Source of the DNA: Macrostomum lignano
Taxonomy: Eukaryota
Direction: 5' to 3'
Length of the DNA: 64,000 nucleotides
NCBI GenBank assembly: GCA_002269645.1
Contig: NIVC01000897.1
Coordinates: 248,001-312,000 of the forward strand
A program made the translations under genes and the position numbers. Positions 51,289 to 63,700 of the stretch are shown one piece after another. The notes beneath the pieces are model-generated. The model made no database searches. It had not been told where the DNA came from and saw only the letters and a list, made by a program, of their open reading frames with translations. Position 1 is the stretch's first letter. Each line of letters opens with the position of its first letter.

Positions 51289-53799
51289 CAGTATCAAAGG
51301 CAGCAGCTGGCATCAGAGTCACAGAGCAACGCAACAGGGATTTCAGTCAGTGCCTTTGACGCATCAGCCGCAGACCACTGAGCCAGAAAGAGTTGCGGAT
51401 TAAACCGATCCCAGTCCAGTCCAATTTGTATGCATTTTGTTCTCCTGACAGCAGCAGCAGCGGCAGCAACAGCAGCACCGACAGCACTAGCTACTCAAAG
51501 GCAGCCCTCATCTGCCACCTGCTCTTAATGGTGTCGTCAAGCCCATCGCAAAGCACCATTTCGTCAAATGATTAATTAAAAGCCTTTGGGAAGCTGCGGG
51601 ATGACTCCCCCCCGACCTCTTCCCCCCCTGTCGCCCAGCTTCATCTCTCGGCCGCGCCACCTGCAATTCCATCCCGGGAGCTCGAAAATAATTAGCTTCT
51701 GTAGTACCGTAGCCATCTCCCCCCAACACAGCTTCATCAGCTCCCATTAGGTCTCTGGGCTCTCGAATTCAAAGAAAGCATCGAAGAAAGGAAAGAGAAT
51801 TTCATTGCCGAGGGAAAATGGCTGCCAGTGTTCAGCTTCAGGTAACCCCCGGCCCCAGCTGGCAGGTAGGAGGCGGCCGGATGAAGACGGGTGCAAACAA
51901 AACTCGCCAGCTTAGCAACTGATCGACAGGACAAGACGGATCGGACGCGGTCCAGCGTGATTGATGGCGCCCCAGCACCGCCGGGCAGAAGCTGATAGTT
52001 TGGAGATGACCGAAAACGTTGGAGGCCGCACCGGCATGAAAAAACTTGAAGTCTTTTGTTGCAACCTTCAGCTCTGGTTTCTCTGTGAAACTGGTGCGCT
52101 AATTAACTCTCAGTGAAGGCCCTGCCATCAGTGTTAAACCGAGTTTCATAGTTCTCACAATTTTTGTATACAGAATTTACGAGTATAAAAGTTCAAGTTC
52201 GCCTCGGCACAAGCCTCATTTCCTTCAATTCATAAGCCTCTTCCTTTCAAGGAGAAGGATTTGAAATTCTAGCAAGAAAATCTGACCCCATCACAGAGTC
52301 AGAGAGTGAGCACCGTTAGTTGGAGATTGCGAAAGTGAAAATCCAGAGATGGGGGGGACTCAGAGCAGCGAGTAAAAACGACATAAATCTGTCCCCACGG
52401 CCCGCGCACCGTTAAGTCCATCGGTGCGCGATTGATGGATCAACTCGGGGAGGGGGGAATTGCGAGGCATCGGGGAAGCGAGGCGGCAACGACTTGACCC
52501 CTCTCTTCCCCTTTGGCTACTCCTCATCCGTAGCCAGACTGTTTGATCCTATCCGGGGATCTCTGATGCCGAGGGGGGGAGAGAAGGGAGAGATTTCCTT
52601 AGCAGGGGGTCCAGCTTGGCCCGGGCTGCGCAAACAGACACACACACGGGGAATGTTCAATCAAGATGGCGGAGGCACGGAGGCCAGTATGCTCGCTCCT
52701 TCATGGTGCTCCCCCGCATCTCGTCTAGTCTGCAGTCAAGTCGATTAGTAACGCCAGGAAAAACACTCGGGGGGGGGGCGGTGATTCTCCTTTATCTATC
52801 GCATCATCGGCTGTCCTGAGCTGGCGGAGCCTCCTTAGGAAATCGTATTTAAAGGCTGTAAGAATGGCCGAGCCAGTCAGATTGGGTTTCTGGGAAAGAC
52901 AATGCATCAACCTCATCAAGGAGGCGGCAGCAGGGGCAACGGCAACAGAAACATCAGTAGCAGTGTGGCGGTAGAAGCAGAGGCTTCAAGCCGTCATGTC
53001 GATGTCGGCGGCAGTTGCTGAAGCCGCGCCGACAAAGAATCTGCCAGTGGCTCTGCGAACAGACCGGCTGCTCCGCCATCAGTGAGTCAGCAGCCTCATC
53101 AGCTGTTCTCCTCGTCAGCCAACAAGGCGGGAACAGAAAATTTGGCTAAATTTATTGCTGAAAAACACACACAAGTAGGATTGACCGCAGCCTTTCTATC
53201 ATATTAGGACTCAGGCACCACCCGGTAAAGTGTTTTTATATAATGACTTTCTAATCCATTATTCTAGCAGCAGGCTAAGGGTCTCAGGCCAGGGACCGCT
53301 AGAGGAGGACTAATAATATAGAAAATTTATTTAGTTGATAGAGAGAGAATCTCGGCCCGTCAGTCAGCTGGGGACTGCGGTCAAGCCCGGGGGTGCAGCG
53401 CCTCTCTCCTCTCCGGGGCCCCTCTCTCGCTCCAGAAACTCCGCATAGGGGGCATTGGGGGGAAGCTGTAGCTTGTTGAGTCCATTGAGGCATGCGCGGC
53501 CTGTGCCAGCGGCTGTGAATAGCTAAACAGCGTTCGGCCATCGATCAGTACTATAGCCGTTAGCGATGGGCGCAGTGACTCTTTACACATTCACTGGCGC
53601 TCACCTCTCATTCTCTAAGCTCTCTCATCTCTTTATTCCTCTCCGCAGCTGCTATTATTGTGGCCAGTGTCAGTTTTGCACTAGTGTTCAATTCTGATTT
53701 GATTTCGATGTGCCAACAAACCAGTGACTTATACTCTGCGAAATCAATGCACGGTTTGCCACAGGGTTGGCCCGAGGGCATCAGGACGATCAATCCGTG

Positions 53800-53876
<77 letters not shown>
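53800..53876. repeat. (CT)n microsatellite
   Basis: Direct reading. Confidence 0.95.
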
Positions 53877-53880
<4 letters not shown>

Positions 53881-54419
53881 TCGGTTGCCCCGCCCCTCAG
53901 GGGCTTTAGCAACAGCGGCAGAGAGCAAAGGAAGCGGAATAACCGGTCACAGATTAGGGCCAATTTGCTTCTAGAGGAGGAAATTCATAATAAAACTAAC
54001 TAAGATCGGACACTGCAGAGATGCTGCTTCTATACTTAGCCCCGCTGTATATCTAAGCGGGATGAAGAGCGGGGCCGGTCGTTAAGCCAATCCAAACTCG
54101 GTTTAGTATTATCTCTCAGGATAGCATTCGTCCAGCTCCGATCAGGCGGATTAGCCGTCACTTTTATGCCGAAATCCTCCCGCTTCTCATGCTTGCATTG
54201 GTGGGGGTCGCCCTGCTACCTGCCAAAGCGAATGCAGTTCAAGGGAGTCAGCGAAGCGAGAATATCTATCCTCGCTTGCGGTCCCAACTACCATGAAATA
54301 CTCTGCACAGGCACTTTATTTCCTACTTTAAGTAGCATCGAAAGGAAGCCTTTCGATTTTTTAATCATTTTGACTACGAGCTATATTATCGGAATCTAAT
54401 TAGAGAAATTCTTGACTTA

Positions 54420-54735
54420 CTTGTCCCCCTCTGTAGAGTCCAGGAGGTTTATGATCGCTCGCCCGGTAGCCCTTTGGTAGCGGACGAGCTGTCAGAAATT
54501 CTCAGGCCTAAAAACTTCGGAGAGGTCCGGGTTTGGGCCGAGGTAGGTGAGCAGGCGGGGCATTCACAGATGAAGTGCTCCGCATTCTCAACACTGGGAG
54601 AGGCAGAATGGGCATTCCTCGCTACGGATTTCCCCTGGTGGTGACGATGCCTGGCAAAACATCCATGACCCGAGAAAGGCCCTGGTCACCGCCCTGATGT
54701 CCCTGCGGTTGAGTCCAAGCAGGGCCCTGCTAAGG
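54420..54735 (-). pseudogene. Frameshifted 3' fragment of a non-LTR retrotransposon ORF2 (C-terminal CCHC knuckle, I/R1/Loa-like)
   Basis: Across frameshifts it reads LLGLNRRDIRAVTRAF / GHGCFARHRHHQG / SEECPFCLSQC / ENAEHFICECPA / LTYLGP. This matches the TGH...C-x2-C...E-x2-EH-x-C-x-CPA...YLG pattern. Confidence 0.7.
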
Positions 54736-56909
54736 ATTATGAAAGTTCACGCTGTCTCAAAAAATGTGTCGATATTGTAGTTCGTGAATAAACTACAGTC
54801 TAGTTCTATTAGACCCCGAGGTCGCATATTTAAAGCTTTAAAGTCGCGCAGGCCTGCATGGGCCACTCATTGATTGCAAAATCTCTGCTCAACGCCCCCC
54901 TCCGGGCCTCTCAATCAGCGGCCAACTTGTGCTAGCAGGCCAGCTAGAGAAGAAGCCTCCCTTCTGGCTGCTGGCTGAGTGATGAGGCGCGGACTGGGGG
55001 TCAGGATGGAGGATAGTCCTGCATGTCCCGGGGCCGTACGCTCGAATCTTCCCCCTCACCCTCGAACTGACGCTGCGGTGTTTTGCACCGAACTTCCTGC
55101 AGTGACCGACCATCCTTCCTGCCCGCCCTCCGCCAAATTCTCCACTTGGCACCGGTTCCTGTCTGCACTTATTGATTTGGCAAAGTTGGCGCCTCCTCAA
55201 CTACTTTTTTGTATATATATGTGTGTGTGTGGGGGGGATGTGTGTGTGTGGGTGTGTCATTATCGAGCTGAGAACCAGTGCCGTCCACAAACTGATTTCT
55301 CTTCTCTTCCTTATTCTCGGCTCAACTCCAAAGGGCAGGAGGGGAAATGGGGACATTTACCCTTCTGCCCAGCTTACCCCGGGGCTCCTCCTTCACAGCT
55401 CTGCTATCCCAGTTGGCCTTCAACTAAAAGAGTCAATGCGGGAAAGCGGTCAAAAGGCCATTCGGGTCGAATGCTTCTCAGAAACTAACACTGACAGCTA
55501 CTCGCCCTATTCGTTGGTATAATCTGAACCTCCTTCAACCTCCTTGCCTCTGCTTGAGTAGTCTTTCTGCTTCTAGTACATTTATCCAGAAGAAAGGAAA
55601 ATTATTTCTCATCATCTTTCACCTGTACTTGGCGCAGTTCTGGGCTATTACAGCAATCAAGCTAATGGAACAGCGGCTCCACTTTGACCGGGCCCTTTCC
55701 CTGTTCTTCTAAAAGCAAAAAACAAAGCCATAGATTAAAGACGCAATCACGTTGTTTGAGTTGATCGAATTCCTGCCAGTATTTACGAGCGGAGAGCGCA
55801 CGAGAGAAGCTGATGAGATTCGACTCGAGTAGGGAGAAATATGAATCCAACGCAGAGTTGAACAGGGTTAATAAGGTTTTTGTGCACTCACAAAGGACTC
55901 CTGCTAGTTCGAATAAATCAGGGAGGAGGGCTCTCGGGTGCAGGATTTGTCCCCCGCCATGCCATTCTTCTGCCACTGAGGGAGCTTCTGCCCGGCCCAG
56001 TTGGCCACGCAAAACTTCTTAGCGGAAGTTTCCCAGCTTTTCCCCTCTTCCTCCCGGTGCCCCGTCACTTGGCTGTCCGACCGGCGATTGGGTCCGGGAG
56101 CCGAATGAAATTGCTGCTGCGAAAGCGAAAGTGATAAGAGAGAGTGGAGTCGGTCGGGAAGAGCGGGACGAACGAGCAAAGACTCCCGACCCCTGAGCTG
56201 GTGTCTTCAAATAGCTGGCTAACCAAGTTTTCTCGGCAAAACTGTCCCTAAAATATTGCCGGAGACCAAATCAGAATTGATCCCAAACATGAAGCCGAGC
56301 TCGGCAAGGAAGCTATGACCGTGCAGTCATGCAGAGGTCACGACGCTCTAGGTAAGATTTTCAGGTTAGCTTATACTCTCAATTTGCTGGGGGAAGGGGC
56401 TGATTCGTTATCTGCTGCCCCGCAGCATCCCCTCTCCATCCTTTTCTCTCCGCGATCCTCGGAGGCATCGATGCCGGACTAATTGTGTAATTAAGCCAAG
56501 CTCTGCCATTTCCTAGCCGTCCAGTGTATTGATATTGCATTGGACAATTTCTTGCTTATCGTTATAGTTTCCGAGTTAAGACTGGGGAATTGGAGTGCTC
56601 AGTCCAAGTTTAAGGCGAGCTGGGGCGTTACGGGACTGGGCTACTATCGTAAGTAGATTCAGTTCCCCCGTGTCTGTATGAGAGCTTTGTTGGTTTGAGT
56701 AGCTCTCTCTCTCTCTCTCTCTCTCTCAACAAATCCACATGAATAACCAATGTAATGCCGAGTGATCTCTTGCTGCGGTACATGGTGAGTTGCCTGTTGC
56801 ACCTTGGCATTTAGAGATCCAGCAGTCGTCTTACAAATAGCCTTGTTGCTATTAGGCCTACGTCCTGCAGATACGAGCGTACAGCCGACAGTCCCGAGTT
56901 CAACATCAC

Positions 56910-57744
56910 AACTCTCTCAGACATCAATTAGTCAACCTTCCAACTGTCAGACATCAAGTAGTCAACCTTCCAACTCTCAGACATCAAGTAATCAACCTTC
57001 CAATTCTCTCAGACATCAAGTAGTCAACCTTCCAACTCTCAGAAATCAAGTAGTCAACCTTCCAACTGTCAGACATCAAGTAGTCAACCTTCCAATTCTC
57101 TCAGACATCAAGTAGTCAACCTTCCAACTCTCAGAAATCAAGTAGTCAACCTCCCAACTCTCAGACATCAAGTAGTCAACCTTCCAACTGTCAGACATCA
57201 AGTAGTCAACCTTCCAACTGTCAGACATCAAGTAGTCAACCTTCCAACTGTCAGAAATCAAGTAGTCAACCTTCCAATTCTCTCAGACATCAAGTAGTCA
57301 ACCTTCCAACTCTCAGAAATCAAGTAGTCAACCTCCCAACTCTCAGACATCAAGTAGTCAACCTTCCAACTGTCAGACATCAAGTAGTCAACCTTCCAAC
57401 TGTCAGACATCAAGTAGTCAACCTTCCAACTGTCAGACATCAAGTAGTCAACCTTCCAACTGTCAGACATCAAGTAGTCAACCTTCCAATTCTCTCAGAC
57501 ATCAAGTAGTCAACCTTCCAACTCTCAGAAATCAAGTAGTCAACCTCCCAACTCTCAGACATCAAGTAGTCAACCTTCCAACTGTCAGACATCAAGTAGT
57601 CAACCTTCCAACTGTCAGACATCAAGTAGTCAACCTCCCAACTCTCAGACATCAAGTAGTCAACCTTCCAACTGTCAGACATCAAGTAGTCAACCTCCCA
57701 ACTCTCAGACATCAAGTAGTCAACCTTCCAACTCTCAGACATCA
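56910..57744. repeat. Minisatellite, 30-bp unit (TCAGACATCAAGTAGTCAACCTTCCAACTG) with ~182/212-bp higher-order blocks, just upstream of innexin
   Basis: Direct tandem repetition. 32-bp variants recur periodically. Confidence 0.96.
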
Positions 57745-57811
57745 ACCTCCAAACAACCTCTGTTTGCCCACGAACCGCAGAAACTTCGAGCATGTGAGCG
57801 GAGCCCTGCCC

Positions 57812-58219
57812 ATGGACACAGCATTCGTATCCGGCCTGTCCAAGTTCCGGCTGGACCCGGCCAAGCACAGGCGCGATGACGATTTCGCCGACCGGATGTC
57901 GCACATGTTCAGCACGGCCATCATCGTGGTCTTCTCCCTAGTAATCTCCTGCAGGCAGTACATCGGCAAACCAATCGCCTGTTGGGTGCCGACAGAATTC
58001 ACCAGAGCTCAGGAGGAGTACACTGAGAACGTCTGCTGGGTGACCAGCACCTATTACCTGGACACGTCAGGCGTCAATTTCCCAGTGTCCAACGCGGACC
58101 GGTACAGGCAGAGCATCGGCTATTACCAATGGGTTCCCCTGGTGCTGCTCATCCAGGCATTCCTGTTCAATCTGCCCCGGCTGGTGTGGCGACTCTTCAA
58201 CTGGCAGTCCGGCATTCAG
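57812..58219 (+). CDS. inx: Innexin, coding exon 1 (TM1, EL1, TM2)
   Basis: DDDFADRMSH, QYIGKPIACWVP, ENVCW and the YYQWVP signature. Donor CAG|GTGAGC at 58220, phase 0. Confidence 0.96.
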
Positions 58220-59429
58220 GTGAGCGGCTGAGGGGCTGGGCGGCTCCGAGAGTGTGGAGTGTTTAGCTTGGATGATTGGCTTTCTGCAGGGGAAGAATCA
58301 GCCTGGGAAGTGAGTATGTAGGTGCGGAGCCAGGAGTGCCGTAGTGAGCTTTGAACTTTGAGTTAATAGGAATCATGAGCTACTTAGCTCAGTGAAAACC
58401 TTCACCAACCAAAGCCTGTGGATTGGCTGTATTTCCTGTCTATGGTCAAAGGTTGGTGCCCTTTTCCTCAGAGCTATCCTGAGCAGTCGGCAGAACTCAA
58501 ATAGAAGACAAGTGTGAAGTACAATTATGAGCCATCAGCGGATCCTCAGCCCATGGGATTAATCGCAAGGACCACTATAGTACAACAGGGCGTAAAACTC
58601 AAAGATTTGGAGGCCAATTTCCTGGAAAAAGTAGACTGCGGAGATAGGAATAACAGTTTTCATAACCCCAAAGTTGCAGGCAACAAGGAAAAAAAAAAGT
58701 TAAGACACTTGTGAGTATTTACAATTTTGGGCTTATAAAATACTGTAAAAAGAAAACAATATGAAAATGAAACTTTGACTACACAGCTATATAAAATATT
58801 GAAATACTCGTAATAGAGTAACATGCTGTCCTAAATTAAAAGAATGGTAATCTTCACTGCCCTAGATAAAAAACAATAATTTTTTCCTGTGTATTTTTCC
58901 CGGAAAATGGCCTTCAAAAAATACACGATCTCTCAGTTTTATGCCCTGTTATACAGTATTACACTGGTTTTGCCTAGCCAGTGGTAACTCTAAGAGAACG
59001 GCGTTGGACACGACAATCATAAAAAAATAAGAGTTATTTACGAAGAGAATTTAAGTCGACGTACTTTAAAGCTAGTGTTTACAAAGAGCTAGGTTTGCAC
59101 TTAGTCACCTCACCGTTGGCTATCTCTATTAGTGCCCCGAAGCAAGAGTTCTAAACATTTTTAGATAAAAAACTTTGCACCCAGAGCAATAACAAGCTGG
59201 CGATAAAAACAATTCAATCTCATTAGGGATTTCTTGAAAAAATAAGACATCCAATTGTTGGACGTCACGTGTCTCTTGGTGGAACCTTTGTCTTTGGGAA
59301 CCTGCCTATTTGCTTACAGTGATTAGGAGAGCCGATTGTCAAGAAGCAGCTCAGAACGGAGTTTTCTATTCTTCCAAAACAGTATGGCTTGAATACTTCA
59401 TCTATTATAATGGTAGAATGCCTGCCATC

Positions 59430-60130
59430 TCAGTAGGGTGCCTTCCGAAGATCAGTAGGGTGCCTTCCGAATCAGTAGGGTGCCTTCCGAATCAGTAGGG
59501 TGCCTTCCGAATCAGTAGGATGCCTTCCGAATATCAGTAGGGTGCCTTCCGAATCAGTAGGATGCCTTCCGAATATCAGTAGGGTGCCTTCCGAAGATCA
59601 GTAGGGTGCCTTCCGAATATCAGTAGGGTGCCTTCCGAATATCAGTAGGGTGCCTTCCGAATATCAGTAGGGTGCCTTCCGAAGATCAGTAGGATGCCTT
59701 CCGAATATCAGTAGGGTGCCTTCCGAAGATCAGTAGGGTGCCTTCCGAATATCAGTAGGGTGCCTTCCGAATATCAGTAGGGTGACTTCCGAAGATCAGT
59801 AGGATGCCTTCCGAAGATCAGTAGGGTGCCTTCGGAATATCAGTAGGGTGCCTTCCGAATATCAGTAGGATGCCTTCCGAAGATCAGTAGGGTGCCTTCC
59901 GAATCAGTAGGGTGCCTTCCGAATCAGTAGGGTGCCTTCCGAATCAGTAGGGTGCCTTCCGAATCAGTAGGATGCCTTCCGAATCAGTAGGGTGCCTTCC
60001 GAATCAGTAGGATGCCTTCCGAATCAGTAGGATGCCTTCCGAATCAGTAGGGTGCCTTCCGAATATCAGTAGGATGCCTTCCGAATATCAGTAGGGTGCC
60101 TTTCAAATCAGTAGGATGCCTTCCGAATCA
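59430..60130. repeat. Minisatellite, 20-22 bp unit (TCAGTAGGGTGCCTTCCGAA[TA]), in the innexin intron
   Basis: Direct tandem repetition. Confidence 0.96.
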
Positions 60131-60159
60131 CACATGACCAACTGTCACCACCATCGCAG

Positions 60160-61140
60160 CTGTCCAACATCATGGAGGTGGCCGGAGACGTCGAGATGAT
60201 CAAGGACCCGCTGAGCCGGCAGACCAGCGTGCGGTACGTTGCCAAGCACATTGAAGACTCGCTCGGCGCGCAGCGGGAGTACCGAGCCGGCTGCCTCACC
60301 AACTGCAAGCACTGCATCGCCCGCAACTGCTGCTTCTTCTGGTTCGGCAAGCGCTACGGAAACTTCCTAGTGTGCCTGTACCTCATCTGCAAAGTGCTGT
60401 ACATCACCAATGTGATTGGCCAGTTCTTCCTAATGAACAAATACCTGGGCACTAATTACACCTTCTATGGCTTGGAGCTGCTCAGAGATCTGGCGGAGGG
60501 ACGCGAATGGGAGGAGAGCGGCAACTTTCCCAGGATCACCATGTGCGACTTTCACATCCGCAAGATGGGCGCCAACATGCACAGGCATACGGTGCAGTGC
60601 GTCCTGCCCATCAACATGTTCAACGAGAAGATCTACATCTTCCTGTGGTTCTGGATGGTTCTAGTCTCCGTGCTGTCAATCAGCAGCTTCATCTTCTGGA
60701 TCTACAAGTCCACATTCCGCTCGAATCGGATGCACTTTGTTAGGAAATTCCTCAAACTGCGCAGCGCCTTGGATCCGGGCGACAAGAAGCGCAGCTTTCA
60801 ATTCGTTGACGACTACCTGCGCCCCGACGGCGTCTTCATTATTCGGCTAATCTCGCAGAATGCGGGCGAACTGGTGGCCTCCGAGGTGACGGAGGCCCTC
60901 TGGCTGATGTTCAAGAGCCGGCCGGTTAGGCACAACGACTCGGCTGGGCGGCACCTTGAGTTGGCTGAGAAAAAAGGCGTTGGCGGCGGCGGCGGCGGTG
61001 GTGGCGGCGGCGGTGGCCTTCTGTCTAAGCGGAAAGGCGCCGGGGTTGGCGGCGGTGGCGGAGGCGTTGGAAGCGGCAACGCGCACCCGCAGACGCAGCC
61101 CCTCAACTCCGTAGACGACGATCCTGGGGAGTTCGTCTGA
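60160..61140 (+). CDS. inx: Innexin, coding exon 2 (loop, TM3, EL2, TM4, poly-Gly C-tail); full protein 462 aa
   Basis: Acceptor catcgcAG at 60158-59, phase 0 (GIQ-LSNIMEVA). Motifs GNFLVCLYLICK, FPRITMCDF, TVQCVLPINMFNEKIYIFLWFW. Stop at 61138-61140. Confidence 0.96.
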   Translation: MSNIMEVAGDVEMIKDPLSRQTSVRYVAKHIEDSLGAQREYRAGCLTNCKHCIARNCCFFWFGKRYGNFLVCLYLICKVLYITNVIGQFFLMNKYLGTNYTFYGLELLRDLAEGREWEESGNFPRITMCDFHIRKMGANMHRHTVQCVLPINMFNEKIYIFLWFWMVLVSVLSISSFIFWIYKSTFRSNRMHFVRKFLKLRSALDPGDKKRSFQFVDDYLRPDGVFIIRLISQNAGELVASEVTEALWLMFKSRPVRHNDSAGRHLELAEKKGVGGGGGGGGGGGGLLSKRKGAGVGGGGGGVGSGNAHPQTQPLNSVDDDPGEFV

Positions 61141-61894
61141 CGCAACCAACTGGCTGGTCTCCTCAAAGGTCCTCTAGTGAATATTTCTAGCTAGGGGGGC
61201 AAAACCCTCGATTCTTGGAAAGTGCCGAAGGCCAACTAGGTAAAAAAGTTTCACTAATTTAACTCCGTGTATTTGCAGAGCCGAAGAAATCAATTGGAAC
61301 AGTTAAAAGTGATAGTTCTAAGTTTAGTAACTGCTCGCTTGCGTGAATAGGTATTAAGACTTACAAACTTATTAGTGCCGAAAAAAAACATTACCCAAAG
61401 CTGCAGTGTATGTTTGTGTGGCCTCTTTAGTTTAGTAACGTACGACTGTCAGTTCAGAGCCGACTCAGTGAGTCATTCGTAATATGAGTAATTATGACAG
61501 AAAAAACAACTATCTTTAAAATCCAATAATTCTAAATTACTCAATAAATTAACTTGCTTTAGCTTGTTTTCAATTATCTGACTACAATCTGCTCTGTGTA
61601 CTTTAGCTATTGTTTATCGATGCGTGTTTCTGTTTTTTCCATTTTAAGAAATCTATTCTACAGTAAAATTTTCCTGATTTTGCTTGCTTTCACCATTAAA
61701 GCGTGCGGCAACATGCAACACGCTTCTATGGTAGAAACAAGCATTAACTGCTGCGAAATAGTTAGTCAATGATGCCGATGCAAAGCTGTATGCGCAAAGC
61801 CAGTGGGCGCGTTTCACACTTGCCGGGACTGTCTGTGGTAAAATCCTCATTTAGCGCTGTGCTAACTATTGGTTTTGTCAGCCTAACTGAGAAT

Positions 61895-62100
61895 AAAGCC
61901 ATCCAAAGTGAGAATCCTGCCTTCGCTGACTGCGAAGGGCCTGGCTGCGTGCAGCCTTAGTCTATGGGCCATAGACTATAAAGGACAAGCAAAGTGATAA
62001 AAAGCCATCCAATGTGAGAATCCTGCCTACGCTGAATACGAAGGGCCTAGCTGCGTCCAGCCTAGTCTATGAGCCATAGACTATAAAGGACAAGCAAAGT
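61895..62100. repeat. Tandem duplication of a ~101-bp unit containing the hairpin AGTCTATGG-G-CCATAGACT
   Basis: 61895-61995 and 62001-62100 align with scattered mismatches. Confidence 0.85.
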
Positions 62101-62149
62101 TTTAAAAGACCAATCGATTCTCACATCACGGTCTGCCAATGTAACGGAG

Positions 62150-62770
62150 CTTTTGTCTATGGTAGCAAGGCTGGCAAAGCGGCATTTAAATTGGACCAAC
62201 AAGCATTCAATTTGGTCCAAACGCTCGTGAGCCATTCGGCAAACCATGTACAGCCTTCTCGCAACCGTCTGCGGATTGTTGCGAACCGCTGGAATGTCAG
62301 AGTCTCTACCAACAATTTTCAGTCGCTTTTCCAGAGCTCTGCTGATAGTCAAAATCTGATAACCAACTGGAACTGTTCCCTCAATTTCTGCTGCGTTTCT
62401 GCAACGTCAACAAAGAATTCGTCTCAACTGCTTTGAGTAGCAGTTGGACCTGAGGCTCTCGCAACTTTCCTTGGCGATTGCCACCCTTTCGCAGGCAATC
62501 TCTGCCGGCAGAGTTTCAACGCGCTGGTGGATGCTGTTAACCATCTTTTCTTTTACATTCAGCAATCTTGCAATGTCCTTGGGTGTTCACCTCTGTCGAG
62601 TGCTTCGATCACAAGCCAATGGCATTCGTTCGATTGCTTAGCACATGGTCCACAATTCTGGGGCCGATCTTGCTCCTCCGCAGCAGTTGCAAATGAAGCT
62701 ATGGACCAAATTGATGCTTGTTGGACCAAATTGAATGCCGCTTTGCCAGCCTTGCTACCATAGACAAAAG
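62150..62770 (-). mobile_element. Internally deleted DNA transposon with ~70-bp TIRs and a degenerate Tc1/IS630-like transposase N-terminus
   Basis: 62150-62219 versus 62702-62770 inverted, first 37 bp perfect. The minus strand reads LVIEALDRGE / PKDIARLLNVKEKMVNSIHQR (HTH-like) and TISRALEKRLKI...PAVRNNPQTVARRLY (winged-HTH-like). Superfamily assignment is inference. Confidence 0.6.
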
Positions 62771-62847
62771 TTTCATTGGATTAAATTCAATGCGCGTAGG
62801 CCCAAATGGGCTGCTAAAAGCTAAATTAAGCGGCCGTCTCCGAGGCC

Positions 62848-62944
62848 CCGAAAACCCCGGGGTTAGGACCATAGACACTGGTGCTGCTAATGTCTTGAGA
62901 GCAGCAAAAGCTTTAGTCTATGGTCTCAACCCCGGGGTTTTCGG
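62848..62944. repeat. ~97-bp near-perfect palindrome (CCGAAAACCCCGGGGTT..GACCATAGAC ... GTCTATGGTC..AACCCCGGGGTTTTCGG)
   Basis: 29-bp arms with 2 mismatches, plus an inner TGCTGCT/AGCAGCA pair. Confidence 0.8.
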
Positions 62945-63001
62945 TGTTTGGAGTGACCCATCTAGGTAATATACAATCTGACTCAAGACGACTGCCCTCT
63001 T

Positions 63002-63378
63002 GTCTATGGCCCAAAAGTTTGACGTGGTGAGCAAAGACTTCATCTTTGAAGCATTCACTTAGTCCAGTTTCCTCCTTTTGGATCTTGATTTCATTCTTAT
63101 TATCGACAAGCAATTGACATAATTGTCTTGACGTTAATCCTCGTCCATCGTCCATTTTGTGATATCGACCGGTCGCTTACCTCTGTCCAAGGCTGTGCAT
63201 CTCATCACGGATCTTTGTCCCTGTTCTTGGTTGCAGACCGTCCCCCCTGCTCTTCTGGGGCCGTTTCATAGCTACTGTCGCTATCTTCAGCTTCCCAGCT
63301 CATATTGTTGCTGATTTGTAGGTTAGTGGGATGGCAAATGAAATCTTTGCTCGCCAGTCAAACTTTTGGGCCATAGAC
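63002..63378. mobile_element. MITE-like element with perfect 22-bp TIRs (GTCTATGGCCCAAAAGTTTGAC)
   Basis: 63002-63023 and 63357-63378 are exact reverse complements. TA follows the right end. Confidence 0.7.
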
Positions 63379-63700
63379 TAGGACCATAGACTAGGGCCAT
63401 AGACTAGGGCCATGGACTAGGGCCATGGACTAGAGCCATAGACTAGGGTCATAGACTAGGGTCATAGACTAGGGTCATAGACTAGGGCCATAGACTAGGG
63501 TCATAGACTAGGGTCATAGACTAGGGTCATAGACTAGGGCCATAGACTAGGGTCATAGACTAGGGCCATAGACTAGGGCCATAGACTAGGGTCATAGACT
63601 AGGGTCATAGACTAGGACCATAAACTAGGGCCATAGACGACTAGGGCCATAGACTAGGGTCATAGACTAGGGCCATAGACTAGGGGCATAGACTAGGGGC
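63368..63700. repeat. Minisatellite, 13-bp unit (GGGCCATAGACTA), ~25 copies, continuous with the right TIR of 63002-63378
   Basis: Period 13. The unit equals the terminal 11 bp of the TIR plus TA. Confidence 0.95.

Noticed and set aside
55662-56012. 116-aa minus-strand ORF with a helical-looking stretch (KTLLTLFNSALDSYFSLLESNL...)
   Set aside because: No recognisable motif or convincing splice sites. It could be a transposon remnant and needs a homology search.
62913-63155. 80-aa ORF MDDGRGLTSRQLCQLLVDNKNE... inside the 63002-63378 element
   Set aside because: It crosses the TIR boundary and has no motif I can name.
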